NCBI GenBank assembly: GCA_028534125.1
Contig: CM052817.1
Coordinates: 11,534,001-11,598,000, forward strand
Length of the DNA: 64,000 nt
Direction of reading: 5' to 3'
DNA from: Lama glama
Taxonomy: Eukaryota
Shown: one piece after another, positions 13,200 through 25,940 of the stretch
Numbering within the stretch: the stretch's first letter is position 1
Layout: each line of letters opens with the position of its first letter
The notes under the pieces: generated by a model
What the model was told of the DNA's origin: nothing
Database searches by the model: none
Seen by the model: the letters and a program-made list of their open reading frames with translations, nothing else
Made by a program: the position numbers and the translations under genes

Positions 13200-13340
13200 G
13201 AAAGTATAGAATAATGATTAAGAGTGCATGTGCTGGAGCTCAAATGCCTGGGTTCAAATCTCAGCTCTGTCCACCCCCAGCTGTGTGACTCTGAAGAGCT
13301 GATGGAGCAGCCTCTCTCTGCAGCTTTGTGGTCTTTAGGC
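13200..13340 (+). mobile_element. MIR SINE
   Basis: gattaagagtgcatgtgctggagc...cctgggttcaaatctcagctctg...agctgtgtgac. Confidence 0.7.
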
Positions 13341-14596
13341 TAAGGGGAAATATGAGTGACTAACCGTGTGTTAATTCTTAAAACTTCTTTTCAAAAGTGC
13401 GAAAGGTGACTTTTGCTTACATTTCATTGGCCAAAGGCAGTTACATGATCAAGCCTGACCTCAACAGGCTAGGGATATTTAAACTTCTCACAGAGAGGGC
13501 AACGCAAGTCACGAGACCAAGTCTGATTTCAGTCTCCTTCAGAGAGTAGCAGCAAATACTTTGAATAACAGTGCAGGCTTCTTGAGGGTGTATAGGTACA
13601 GGGTAGTACAACACATGGACCTCATCTTTAGCATCTAATGACATATGATCTTAAAGCTCTGGTTCCAGGCTTGCTATTACTGATGGCATCAAGATTCTTT
13701 TCACAAAGGAAAAATTCTCATTAGCACCGAAGAATCATAGTCCAGTCTAATAGCTAATTAGAATGACTTCCTAATCTTAAGACTTTAGGTTGAACTACAC
13801 TAGTCAATTTCTTTTGTTTCTGTGGGTTTAGTGTCTGGATTTTAGAATTGTTAGCTACTGCTTGGATGTCTTCCCTGGTGGTCCTGCAGGGACCATCACC
13901 TGGGTCTCATCATTTTTCTGTGAAATGAGGTAGACCACTTGTCATCCTCTTGACTCACAGCCATGCTGTGAGGATTCATGAGTTAGAGTTTGTAAAATGT
14001 CTCCAGCGACTGAAAGGTGATAAATAAAAGGCATAATTATTGGTATTTTCCTATCTTTACTTAGACTTGAAAAGCCTTTCTCATCACCTTTGAGATTTTG
14101 ACATAAGCCAGCTTACTGTGGTGAATTTCATTTGTTTTACCTCCCTTCTGCTTGACATTTCCTTACCCTCATCCCATCACAATGACTTTAAAGAAAGAAT
14201 GCCAACCTTAACCTTTTATGTCTCCATCTGTTGAGATTTTTGACTTGTCCTATTGTTACTTTGTATATTTTATTCTACCATTTACAAGACTGTGCTCCCA
14301 GACCTGTGCTATTAGCTAAGTAACACAGAGGCAGAAAGGGCAAACTGTAGTCACATGTTCCTCCTATATAGTGCCTGGTAAGTTCATGGGGTGGCTCAAT
14401 GTTTAACCTGCGTATTCCCAAACAGGTTTCCAGTGAGTGAGCTCTCGATCTGAAAGTCTCATTATTCTTTTAAAATAGAGTTCAAAACAAATGTTTATTA
14501 TTAATATATTCAACACATTAGCATATAGGTACTCTCCATCCCTGACTTTGCGCAGATATCCTAGAGACAGAAGAGAGCTGAGAGAGGAGTACTTAC

Positions 14597-14672
14597 TCCT
14601 TGCAGAAGCTGTCATCACAGGGGTGTCATTTTCATTTGCACTATTGTCTCCGCTGTGATTTTTGCCTGTGGG
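14597..14672 (-). CDS. Candidate exon F (PTGKNHSGDNSANENDTPVMTASAR), phase 0 to 1
   Basis: cttatttctgtag|...GGA|gtaagt; only one frame is open; two N-glycosylation sequons (NHS, NDT). Confidence 0.35.
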
Positions 14673-16949
14673 CTACAGAAATAAGCTTCTCCGTCGGGGC
14701 AAATTTGGTTTCTCTGAAGAACATGTAAATAAATGGCTTTCATTTTCACATTTTTTGCTTATTGCTACTGTGAGGGTAGACCTCTCTGCAGATTCATGTT
14801 TCACGTTTAAAATTTGCTTCTGAAAAACTGACTTGCATTAGACTAACTCTAATTATGAGTTATCTGGCTTTTCTTTAGCACTAATGGAGGCAGGATGGAA
14901 TAGTAGATAATACTAGTAAATAGCTAGTTTATCTAAAACCTTATTATGGTAAAGCTCAAGCGTTATTTCATATTCGTACATGCAGAGTGTGAATCAGAAA
15001 ATCAAGGGTTCAAGCTTTGGCTTATTCTTATATTAAGTCAACAGACATTTATAAAATACTTTCAGAAGTCAGACACTATGTTTGGTGCTGAGTGCGGCTT
15101 GCCCCTTGACCAGGGTTCTCCTCTGGGCAAATCACTTGAGCTTTGAAGCCTCAGTTTCCTATCTGTATAATGGGAGTAATATACTTTTATCTTGTTAAAG
15201 GACTTGTTTTAGTTTTCTTTTGTTTGCAAGCTCCAGTGTCCGCTTATTCCTGTGCCTTGAATCCAGCCATTCACTAACTCAGTTCTATAAGATGAGACCT
15301 CAAAATTAAATCCTTGAAATCTTTTGCTTCTCACCCACTTTGATCTTTGACTCAGACTGTTTTCTTGCATTGGCTGTCTTCCCGATATTTTTGCGTCCTC
15401 TGACGTTGTTGGTTGTAAGTAGAATCCTTGGCCTGGGTTTAAGATTTGGCCTGTCGGGTGGACACTCGGCTTTTTCTCTTCGTCACTTCTGATAACCTTG
15501 GCGTCCTGCAGAGGCTGATCAGGCCTCGTCTAGTCCTGACGTCTAATCTTGCAGCTGACCCGCTGGATTGGTGCCTTGCTTGCTGTGGTCTGCTTTAGGG
15601 GGAAATGTCACAGATATGATCTCAGCCTCATTGAGAAGGGGCCAGCAAGTGTTACTGTGGTCATCAGGGCTTGATTTGGATGGGGTTCAGGCAGGGCCCC
15701 AGATCTAATGCAAGAACCAGTGTCCTATTCGGAACCTGCGAGAACCAGTTGTGTGGTTACTCCCAAAAGTGTTAGGACAATGCCAGGGCTCCATGGGCTT
15801 ATGAGAGTCCAGGACTTGTTTTAGTTCACTGGACACTAAACTCATAGAACGAATCCACTCTCCCTATGTTTGCTGATGAGTTGGGTCAGAAACTAAGTGA
15901 CTGTGAGATCACAGGTTAGAGTGTTAGAGTTCGCTGCAGAGAGGGACCGAGAAAGGCAGGTGTTAGCGTTTCGTAAACTCTGAAGAACTATACAAATGTG
16001 GGTGTCATTATCAATGCTATGTGGCAAATAGCAGGTACTCAATTTAGGTATTTGTTGAATAATACCCATTGCTTTTATTTCTTAATTTTTTTATTGACTA
16101 ATTGGTTAGTTGTTTGTACGCTTATTAGAAAAGATTCTTGTGTCTATGATACTTTCTCATCTTATTCCAAAGCCTTATTTTTTTTCTTTCTCGAGAGATC
16201 TGGCGAAGTTGTGTAGTACAGGTGGTGTGGTGCCGTTAAAGAGCTAGTTCACGCAAAGCCCTAGACACAGGGAGGCTCAAGAAGTTCCATGTAAAAGAAA
16301 AAAATTTTTATATTGAAATATAAGCTACCTTTAAAATTTGAATCAGAAAGTTGGCTCACTTCTATATCCAATCAACAAACATTTATAAAGTGTGTATTAG
16401 GTGTGGTACAATCTACCACAGCAACCAGTACTGTCTGGTATCCAATGAGTCAGTGATTCGCAGCAGTTTATTCAGTGTGTGGTGACTGATTACACGAGTG
16501 GGAGAAGCCATGGGTTTCTTTTATCAGTCATCTTTACAGGGTGTATACAAATAATAGACCGCCCGTGCTTTAGGCCTTCCTGGGAGAAAGTAATTTAGTA
16601 TATGCTAAATTCTACCTCACAAGCATTGTTTGAGAGTTAGAAATTAAATGTGTAGTTGTAACTCTGTTTCTTTAGGCTGACTAACTGCTTTTGTTCTTTG
16701 GCTGGAAGACTTGTTTAAAAGCTGAACAATATTAATGATAAGGAGTATCATTAATCATGACTAAGCTTTGATTAAGCAAGTATTCCAAGTTGCTCCATGC
16801 ATTATTCCATTTATGCTTCTAAAACCTCTGTGATTGATCTGGGGCTAGTTAGCTACCTTCTCTGAGTCATAGTTTCTGAACCTATGCTTTGCAAATTATC
16901 TTGGTTACCTTTCAGAATTATTATGAGGACTAAATGAAATCATGCAGTC

Positions 16950-18160
16950 CTTGGACAAATATTTACTGAGTGCCTCCTATGTTAGACACTGAGCCAGCTC
17001 CTAAGGGTATTAGCCATTAAGCAAATTTAACATTGTCCCTGCCCTCTTGGAGATTACAGTCTAGGGAGGAAAACAGATCTTAAATAATACAACTTGTTAT
17101 TTAATTATAGTTGTGATCAATGCTACCAAGTGAAAAAAAAAACTAAACAACAACAGGGTACCGTGAGAGACGATTTTAGGGAAACTGATCAAGAATGTAG
17201 AGTCAGAGAAGGAAGTTTCTCTTGGGAAAATGTATAAGACTTGAGGATGAGTAAAAGTGAGAGGTGGGGAGACCCACAGGAGAACGTTTCAAGAAGAGGA
17301 AGTAACCTGCACTGAGAGGAGTTTGGTACCCTAATGCTGTGGTGGGATTTCAGTTGGCAAGAGTGAAAGGGGTACCTGTGAACTTGGGGGATTGGTAGGA
17401 ACCCAACGGTGCAGGGCTATGTAGACTATTAGGAAGGTTTCTGAATCTATCATAAAGGTGATAGAAACCATTGAAACATTTTAAGTAGATCTGAATTATA
17501 TTCACTTTTTTATTTGACTCTGAGAGCACTGTGGAAAAAGTGTGGAAGGGGTCCAAAGTGGATGCAGGGAAACCAGTGGGAGGCTTCAGTAGTTGTGCAG
17601 GTGAGAAATGCTGGTGCTTTGCGGCTGGGGTGGTGACCATGGAGACGGGGAGAAGGGATGCAGTGGGTATGATGGGGTAGGGGGAGAGGGGTTAAGGATA
17701 ATGCCTAAGTTTTCTGGTATAAGCTGCTGAGTGAAAGATGTTAGTGGTGTCTTTATTGAGAGAAGAGACACTGGAGGAGGAAAAGGTTTGGGGTAGGCAG
17801 AAAATACCAAGTTCATTTTCAGACACGCTAAGCTGAAGATGGCTGTGGGACATACAGTAGGTACAACAGTATGTACACAGTGAACACACAAAGGCTCAGA
17901 AAAGAGGACTGGATAGAGAATTGAGTTTGCTGTAGGAGAGATGGTCATTAAAGTCAGGGAATGGATGAGGCGACTTAGGGAAAGAGTGTAGAGTAAGAAG
18001 AGAAGACCCGGACCTAGGCTGTAAGGAATATCAATACTTAAAGGTTATGTAGAGTAGGAGGGAAAGGCCAAGGAGGCTGGGCTAGAATGGGAAAAAAGAT
18101 AATAGGGAAATTAAGAATGTGCTGTCTGAGGACCAAAGCAAAGGCTGTTTTTAAGAAAAA
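16950..18160 (-). mobile_element. L2 fragment
   Basis: acaaatatttactgagtgcctcctatgttagacactgagc...gtccctgccctcttggagattacagtctag. Confidence 0.8.
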
Positions 18161-18629
18161 AAGGCATAAATGGGCCCATAGGTATTTTTGGAATAATGGG
18201 CGTGTTTTAAAATTGGACTGTTGTGATATTGCATGATTCTGTAAATTTACTAAAAAGAATTGAATTTTGCACTTAAAATGGATGAATTTTATGGTAAGTA
18301 AATTATACCTCCATACTCTGTGAAAAAAAAAAAGAAAAAGAAGGCATGGTAACCATATTTACAATGGAAGAGGAACTGAGACAGATAAAGACTAAGAAGT
18401 ACCTTTTTTTTCTTTTTTTTTTCCATCAGAAGGAGGCTTTCCTCAGAAAGGTGGAAGGAATGTGGAAGGGTGTTTGGAAGGAGGTAAGGACTGAATGGAT
18501 GGTTAGGAGTGGAGACAGTGAGTGCTGACAAATCTTTGTAGACACTGAAGTGCTTTGAAAACTATGAATTGCACTATGTTGTATTGAGATTTTTTTTTCT
18601 CTAAAATATAACAAGTTCTTTCCCTAAGA

Positions 18630-19400
18630 CAGTGATTTCTAAAGTGGGGTGTGAGAAGAAATATTAGAACTTGCAGATATTAATTTCATCTAGTAATAAG
18701 AAAAATTAGCTTTACTAATTTTTAACCAGGCCAGTGGACAGTGGTGCTCTCTGCTGGTTCATGCTGGCTTTTTTCATAAACAGTATGTTTGGCATGGAGG
18801 GAAAATGTGGAAGCTTCACAAAGGAGAAAGTGGACAGTGGTACTGACCTGGGGCACTAGCTTGTTCACTTCCAGTGGAATGTGGTCTATTCCAGTTTTTG
18901 TGTGGGTAAGAAATTTCATAGCTTATATTATCAGGCTGTAATGAAGCCAACTTTCAAAAAACGGAAAAATTTTTTAAAAATGTTCCTGTAATTAAACCAC
19001 ATTAGCAAAAAGAATTTTAATAATTCAACTTGAAAGGACAGGAAAGCATCCCCTCCCTTCTAGTAAAAGTTGTTTGTCACTTTGCAATAACGAAACAGTG
19101 GTTTAATCAGATCAGAATTTGGCCAGAACACTTGAAACAGTTACTATGAATTGAAGTATGAATCTCATCCACTATTGTTATTAAACTTTGTCCTGTTTGT
19201 TTACTGTTGTATGTATTGTGTCTTTGTAAGCTATTTTCTAGCTATAAAAACAGCTATAAATCTGTTAAAGCCAAATATTGAAATAAATTGAACTTAGAAG
19301 CAACCTTTAAATTGCTATGTTGTGAAGTGTTAAGCCAAGGTTTTTAGAAAAACCAAGCATAATCAATACATTTCTTGCAACAAAATTAATATTAATTATT
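18630..19400. mobile_element. hAT-Charlie remnant (Charlie4-like)
   Basis: Terminus cagtgatttctaaagtggggtgtgag; decayed transposase-like sequence follows. Confidence 0.5.
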
Positions 19401-20429
19401 TTTCTGAGGGCAAAACAATGTAGTAAAAATACTTAGCATTTGTTTGTGCTGCCCCTACAATACTGCTGTTTACCATCTTGGTTAGTCCAGGGCAGAGACT
19501 GTGAAGAAGGTAAAGTCTGTTTTTGATGTTCTTCCCAATTCCCTTTCCCTCTGATCTAACCTCCTTTCCTTATGCTCCTTCTGATCCATCCAAGATGAAC
19601 ATACTCCTGGGATCAGTTCTGCTTATCTCACTGAGCAACTATGGTAGCTGCAGGTGACACCAGCATTTCTCAGGCACCCCTGAAGCAAGCATTCTCCTGC
19701 CTTACTTGGGAGAGTGTAAAGTGACTGTACATATGAAAATCTTTAAAACTGCATAGCCACTGTCCTCAAAATTCCACTTTTGGGATTTATCATAAGGGCA
19801 TTTTCATAGCAGCCCACAGGGGTTAGCTTTAAAGATACCACATTGCTGATAATACAGGAAAACTCAGAAACCATTTAAATGCTCAATATACTGGGCTGAA
19901 TTATGGTACTTGTACGCAATGGATATTACCCAAACATCTGGAATGATCACTACAGAAGAACACCTGTGTGTTCTATAATATTTTATTTTATAATATATGT
20001 GACCTATAATATTTTATGAAAAAAGTAAGATATAAAAATATATATTTGATGCTATTACTAGAAAAAATTACTATGAATAGAAAAAAGACTGGAAGGATAT
20101 GCATGAAATGATATGTAATCATTGCCCTTTGATGAGGGTGTTATAGATGATTTTTAATTTCTCCTTTGAGAACTTCCATACATTTTTTAGAAGGGACAGA
20201 TCATGTGTTATAATAAGATTCAATAAGTTTTGAAAAAAAATTGTCCTGTCCCTCTTTGCCCCCCATCCCTCCCAAGGAAAGAAAAGTCAAGCTGAGGAAG
20301 ATCAGAGTCTTTAATGAGTCTTTATTGACTGCAATGGCCAGGCTCACTGATGTTCAGGACTCTCCAAATGTAACTCAAAACTGCTTTTCAGGGTGGAGGG
20401 TAGGGCAATGAGCACAGAAGCGTCGGCCA

Positions 20430-21960
20430 CAGTTACTGAGCATCTATCTGTGCTGAGCATCCATCTAGGCTCTTGGAACACAGCAACAAACAATAGGATG
20501 TCCTTGGCCTTGGGGATTTTACATTTTAGTGAACTAAGGCAGTCAATTAATAAATAAAGAAATGGTGTTTAGAGCAACAAAGTCTATGAGAAAAATTTAG
20601 CAGGTTAAGAAGACTGAGAATGATTGGTGTGTGTGTTTGTGTGTGTGTGTGTATGTGTGTACTTGTGGTCTACATTAGACAGGGAGATAAAGAAGGTAGT
20701 TCTGGTAAGGTGATCTGAGCAGAGACCTCAAAGAAATGGGAGATGAACCCATGTGATTGTCTGGTTATCTAGACTGAGGAAGCAGTCCGTGGAAAAGTCC
20801 CGAGGCAAAAATGTGCTTGTCAGGTTTGAGGAATTGAAGGGAGGTCAACGGTACTGGAGTAAAAAGCGTCAGGATGCTAGATCAGAGAGGTATGCAAGGG
20901 TCAGATCACAGAGTCTCAAGGGCATAGGAAAGGCTTTGGATTTTATTCGGACGTGAGATAACACTGGAGCACTCTGAGCAGGGGAATGTCATGATGTGAT
21001 TTAAGCTGTAAAAGGGTGGCCCTGACTGCTGTGGGGGTAATGGACTGTGGGCTTGCAGGGTGAATACAAGAGCCCAGTTCGAATGCTAGTGTTCGATCAG
21101 CAATGATAGTGGATTACCTTGTGATCCAGCATGTCCACTTCTAAACATATATCTGAAATAATCAAAAGCAGGACACAAACAGATACCTGTATACCCATTT
21201 TCATCACAGCATTGTTCACAATAGCCAAAGTGTTGGAACAACCATCAACAGATAAATGAATAAACAAAATGTGCTATAGACATACAATGGAATATTATTC
21301 AGCCTTAAAATGGAAAATAAAAATTTGATACATGCTACAACATGGGTAAGACTTTAAAAAATGCTAAGTGAAATGAGGCAGACATAAAAGGACAAATATT
21401 GTATGATTTCATTGTATGATTTCACTTATATGAAGTACCTGGGAGAATCAGATTCATATAGAAAGAAAGTGGAATAGAGGGTACCAGGGGCTGGTGGAGG
21501 GAGATGGGAGCTGGGAAATTATTGTTTATGGGTACAGCACTTCTGTTTGGGGTGATGAAAAGTTCTGGAAGTGAATAATGGTGATGGTTATATAACATCG
21601 TGAATGTACTTTGTTCCACAGAATTGTGTGCATAAAAATAGTTAACATGGCAAATTTTATGCCTATTTTACCAAATTAAAAAAAAAGGTAATAGTGGCTT
21701 GAACTTAGAGGCAGAGGAGGAGGTTAGATTTTGGATATATTTTGAATTTTAGCCCATAGAATTCTCTGATGGTTTGGCCTTTTATGTGTGAGGGCAAGAA
21801 AAGAATCAGTGGTAAAACCAAGTTTGTGATCCTGAGCAAGTGGAAGTGAGGTGTTGCCATTCCTGGGATGGGGGAGACTCTGGGAGGAGAAGGTGAGGGA
21901 ATCAAGGAAGAGGTTCCAGATGTGCTGTTTCTGAGATGCTTATAAAACATCCAGATGAAG
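20430..21960 (-). mobile_element. L2 fragment split by an L1 insertion
   Basis: ttactgagcatctatctgtgctgagc...gagcaggggaatgtcatgatgtgattt; resumes after 21690 (gattttggatatattttgaa...ctgagcaagtggaag). Confidence 0.75.
21112..21687 (+). mobile_element. L1MB-like 3' end with poly(A)
   Basis: gattaccttgtgatccagca...cagcattgttcacaatagccaaag...atacaatggaatattattcagcc...aaaaaaaaaa. Confidence 0.85.
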
Positions 21961-24796
21961 TTGGTGAGTGATCCCTGTTCTAATCACTCATCCATCCAGG
22001 CAGGCCTTCCCTTTGGAAATCCATTAGGACCTCGCCACAGGGAGTAGAGCACAGGGTCTGTTATTCAAAATATATACATTATCTGTCAGATTTTATTTGA
22101 ATATATTATATGAAACAAATAAACAGATCAATGGATAGATAAATAAATACATGAATAGTATAAAGCAAGCCAGCTGTCCAGGACAGTAAAGAGATGTGAT
22201 TAGCCTTAATGCAGAATTTGTGGCTATGTAATCTGGGGCTAATTGTACTTTTGAAATCAGTACATTTTGTTCATTATCTTTTATCACGAGTTGACCCTAA
22301 TTCACTTGGTGCTTCAGATAAAGTTTAATGGAAGAATCTCAGAGTCACCTTGATCTTCCTTACCTGACAAATTAGGGTAATATAGAACTCAAATCTAACC
22401 CGAGCTCAAAGTTGTTAAATACTTTAATTTTCATCTGTGTTTTGTGTTGGAAAATAATTTTAATATTAAAGGACAGCTGTAGACTGCTAATGACTTGAAT
22501 ACAGTTTGACTGTTTTCATGAAGTGCTCTGTGGGATGTCAGAATATTTAATTCAGGATGTTAAAAACATCCCAAAATGTCACAATAATTATATCACAGCA
22601 GGCAATTAAAACACTGGAAAATGCCAACTGACTATGAGTGTTCCTTGTTATTTAGGGAACTATTAAGAACCTGACATACAAAGTAAAAAAAAACGCTGGT
22701 TATAACTTTCTATTTCAATAGACAATTTCATCATCATATAGGAAATTGACACTTGATACAGTCAGGGTCATGCTAAAAACACAGCCCAAGGCAGAACTAA
22801 GGAGATCTCTACTTTCCCTTTATAGTATCTATATTCACACATTATAAAAAACATTGTTTGGTTTTACATATCATACCATATGTGCTGCAATACCCTGCAT
22901 ACAATGGTTGTGTTAATTAAATCATATGTTGGCAGCCTTAATTGATCTGATTTTGCCATCCTAAATTATGTGCAACAGAATTATTTCCTTGTTTTTCGAA
23001 TTGTAAATGCTAATGGATTAACAATGTAATGCCGAAGACCAGCAGCAGTGGTTGCTTAATCCCAGAGGATTAGAGTGTCATTCTCAGTGGGGATGTTAAG
23101 AACTGACTATCATGAGCTGGAAGGAGATATATTCAGGCCAGGTGAGGAACAGGAAACAGAGTGTACCAAAATCCTAAGAGTTTAAATGCATTTACAGGCA
23201 TGGGTTAACTCGGGTATAAGTGAACAGTTTGCCCATGCAACTGTAACATTTGAAAGGACAGTGTTTTATGGGCAAAAACCCCACAGTTAACCTGAAGCTA
23301 CATTTTGGGGAGCTATGTCCGAGTTTCAAATGGGTCATCTGAAAGGTTAAGTGTTATTTTTAACCAACACACTTATGAAGGACTTAAGATAAGCAGTTAG
23401 CACCATAGTATTCATAGAGAGCAGCAATTATTATAACGTGTTTATTTTTGATTTTGGGAAATATGATGGAAAATAATTGTGCTGCCTTCAAGAAATGTCT
23501 GTAATTAAATGAGGTAATGTCATAAAGCACCAAATATGATGTCCAGCAGACAACAGTTGCTTAAAATATTTTAGTTCCTTCTTTCCTTTGTGAAAACAGA
23601 CATCAACACAAAGAGCTATGGTAAAGGTGGCATTTGGGTGGAGCCCAAACTAAAGTATAAACAGACTGAGTGGAAGAGGAAGACAATGTCTTGGAATAAT
23701 GTCCAAACTCAGGGGCAGATTTCAGTGTGTATGCAATCTGGGGTGCCTCCTTTATGGAAAACAGCACAAGATTATCAATATAAAAACTAAGAATAGAATG
23801 AATATTTAAGAACGAGGGAAAAAACACAATGAAGTATACATTTAAAGGATCTGATAGATACCACAAATATTCTAAAATTGAGAAAAATAATATTTTATTT
23901 GTATTAATTATCTAAATGCCACACCACTGGAATACCTTCTTTTCTTCATTTTTTATATATATATGTTTTGATCATGCTCCCATATGACAGTAATTTTGTA
24001 AAATCTATAGAGTGCAGGTTGGTAATTCAATCTTTTCTTTAACATGGTAATCAAAATTTGATATTTTAACATTATTGTCTGTTTTAGAAAATTTTTCTTT
24101 TTAGAAAAGCTTCACAACTCATTATTAATATGCCATGTGAAGAATTAAGGTTATTGTTAAATTTGGGGAAATGCCTACTAAATTTCTTCCAAATATGAAT
24201 TGAAAGGGCATTTCAAATTTTCCTGTTCAGTAACTAATCTTCAGTATCAGTAGGGCTGATGGCACACATTAAACAATTAGTCATTGATGTCCGCTCTGCA
24301 GTGGAGTATTAAGAGTTAGCTGTTATCTTTGTTGACGTAAGTATTTCATGTCAAATTAGCAAGAATTTTAAGTCTTCTCCCAATGTGTCCATATGACTCA
24401 CTCCTCTGTGTTAATTGGATTATCAGAATATCCAGGTGCTTATTTGTTACTTCTGTTCAAAATTTATTTCCCCCTCTTAATGAATCATTTCATTTGGTAT
24501 GATCTGAAAGCTTTTTGTTACAATTTGTTTTTCAATTTAAAATATTTTTATTGACTTCATTCCTAATCTCTACTGCTTCCATTTCATATTTTGCTATTTT
24601 AATCTGTAATGTATTAGTTATCGAAAAAATAAATTTAAAGTGATAAAAGATACCTATGCATGCACTCAAGTTAGGAGTCTTTAATTCCTAACTTGTTTAT
24701 GGATATATCTTTCAAAATGGCAATAAAAACTCTGCATTTGAACATTATCAAATATTCTATTCTCATTAAAAAAAAAAAAGAAAAAGCCTTTCTTAC

Positions 24797-24846
24797 TCTG
24801 AGATGGCTTGCAGTAGATTCACCATATTTGGAAATGACTGTGAACG
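24797..24846 (-). CDS. Candidate exon E (AFTVISKYGESTASHLR), ends in phase 0
   Basis: Donor AGA|gtaaga; three possible acceptors (exon starts 24857, 24846, 24837), two of them phase 1; measured from 24857 only this frame is open. Confidence 0.25.
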
Positions 24847-25699
24847 CTAAACTCAAGCTAAAATATATAGTCAACTCTACTTCCTGTAGTTAGATTCCCC
24901 AAGTGCCACAGCCGCTCCAGCAGCTGACAAAGCAGGAAGCTTGATGAGTGCAACAGACAGCTGTCTTTACCAATTTCAGTGAAAGTATCTCTCTTCTGTA
25001 AAATTTTCAAAAGATGGTGACTGTATGACCCCCTTGCTAGGGCCCCTCCAGGGCCTTGGAAGGGTTCCATGGAAGTGGAGGGCTTGAAGCTTAAGTTTCA
25101 TTAGCTTTAAGGTAATTCTGCCTTCGTCCAAATTTCTTAATATAGCTATTTATGATTTATCTTCTGCTAACTTCCCCAACTCAGCCTCTCACCACTTTCT
25201 TCCCTTGTGTTCTTTGACTGAGCCTTATTCAGTTTCTTTCAGCTCTTTAACTCTGCTGTGCCCTCGCTTACTCCAGGGCATCCACCAGTACTGTTCTCTG
25301 TCTGCTTAAACATGCATCCTCCACATGTCACTTTAGAAATCACTTAGCTTTCCCTGACTACCTGAATCTGAGATAAATGTCTCCTGTATTTGCTTTCATG
25401 GTATAGTCTATTAATAATAAACAACAACAACAACAACAACCAGTAATTAATAAGTCCATGGTACAATGTAATGTGAATAATGACTAAAAATCTGTATCAT
25501 ATCCAGTTATTCAGCTTTCTCAACTGTACCTGCCATTAGAGGTAAGTTCTGTGAGAGAAGGGATCTTGTCTTTCTTTTTCTCCACTGTGATTCCATTTTC
25601 AGGAATAGTTCTTAGAAAATTCAATAAATATTTCAATAAATATTCCATAAATATTCTGGGCTGAGGGAAAAGTATCAACAGAAGTAGAAGCTTAAGAGA

Positions 25700-25940
25700 C
25701 AGTACAGAATGGTAATCGGAAGTATAAACTCTGGACAAAGATGTCTGGTGCTTCGATCCCAGGCCCATCAGCTGCATGACTGTGGGTAAATTGCTTAATA
25801 TTTCTGTGCCTCAGTTTCCTAACCTGTGAAATGAGGATAACAGTAGGACCTACCTCATATGAACTCAAGATTAAACAAGACAAAATATGTGAAGTGCTTA
25901 GAATGGTGCCTGGTCCATAATAAGCATCAAAAAATTATCA
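25700..25940 (+). mobile_element. MIR SINE
   Basis: gggtaaattgcttaatatttctgtgcctcagtttcctaacctgtgaaatgaggataacagtagg...gtgcttagaatggtgcctgg. Confidence 0.85.

Noticed and set aside
22364..22434. Minus-strand exon-like segment (acacag|...CAG|gtaagg)
   Set aside because: Stops in all three frames. It may be non-coding, and it shows that good splice-site pairs can occur without coding potential, a caution for the gene model
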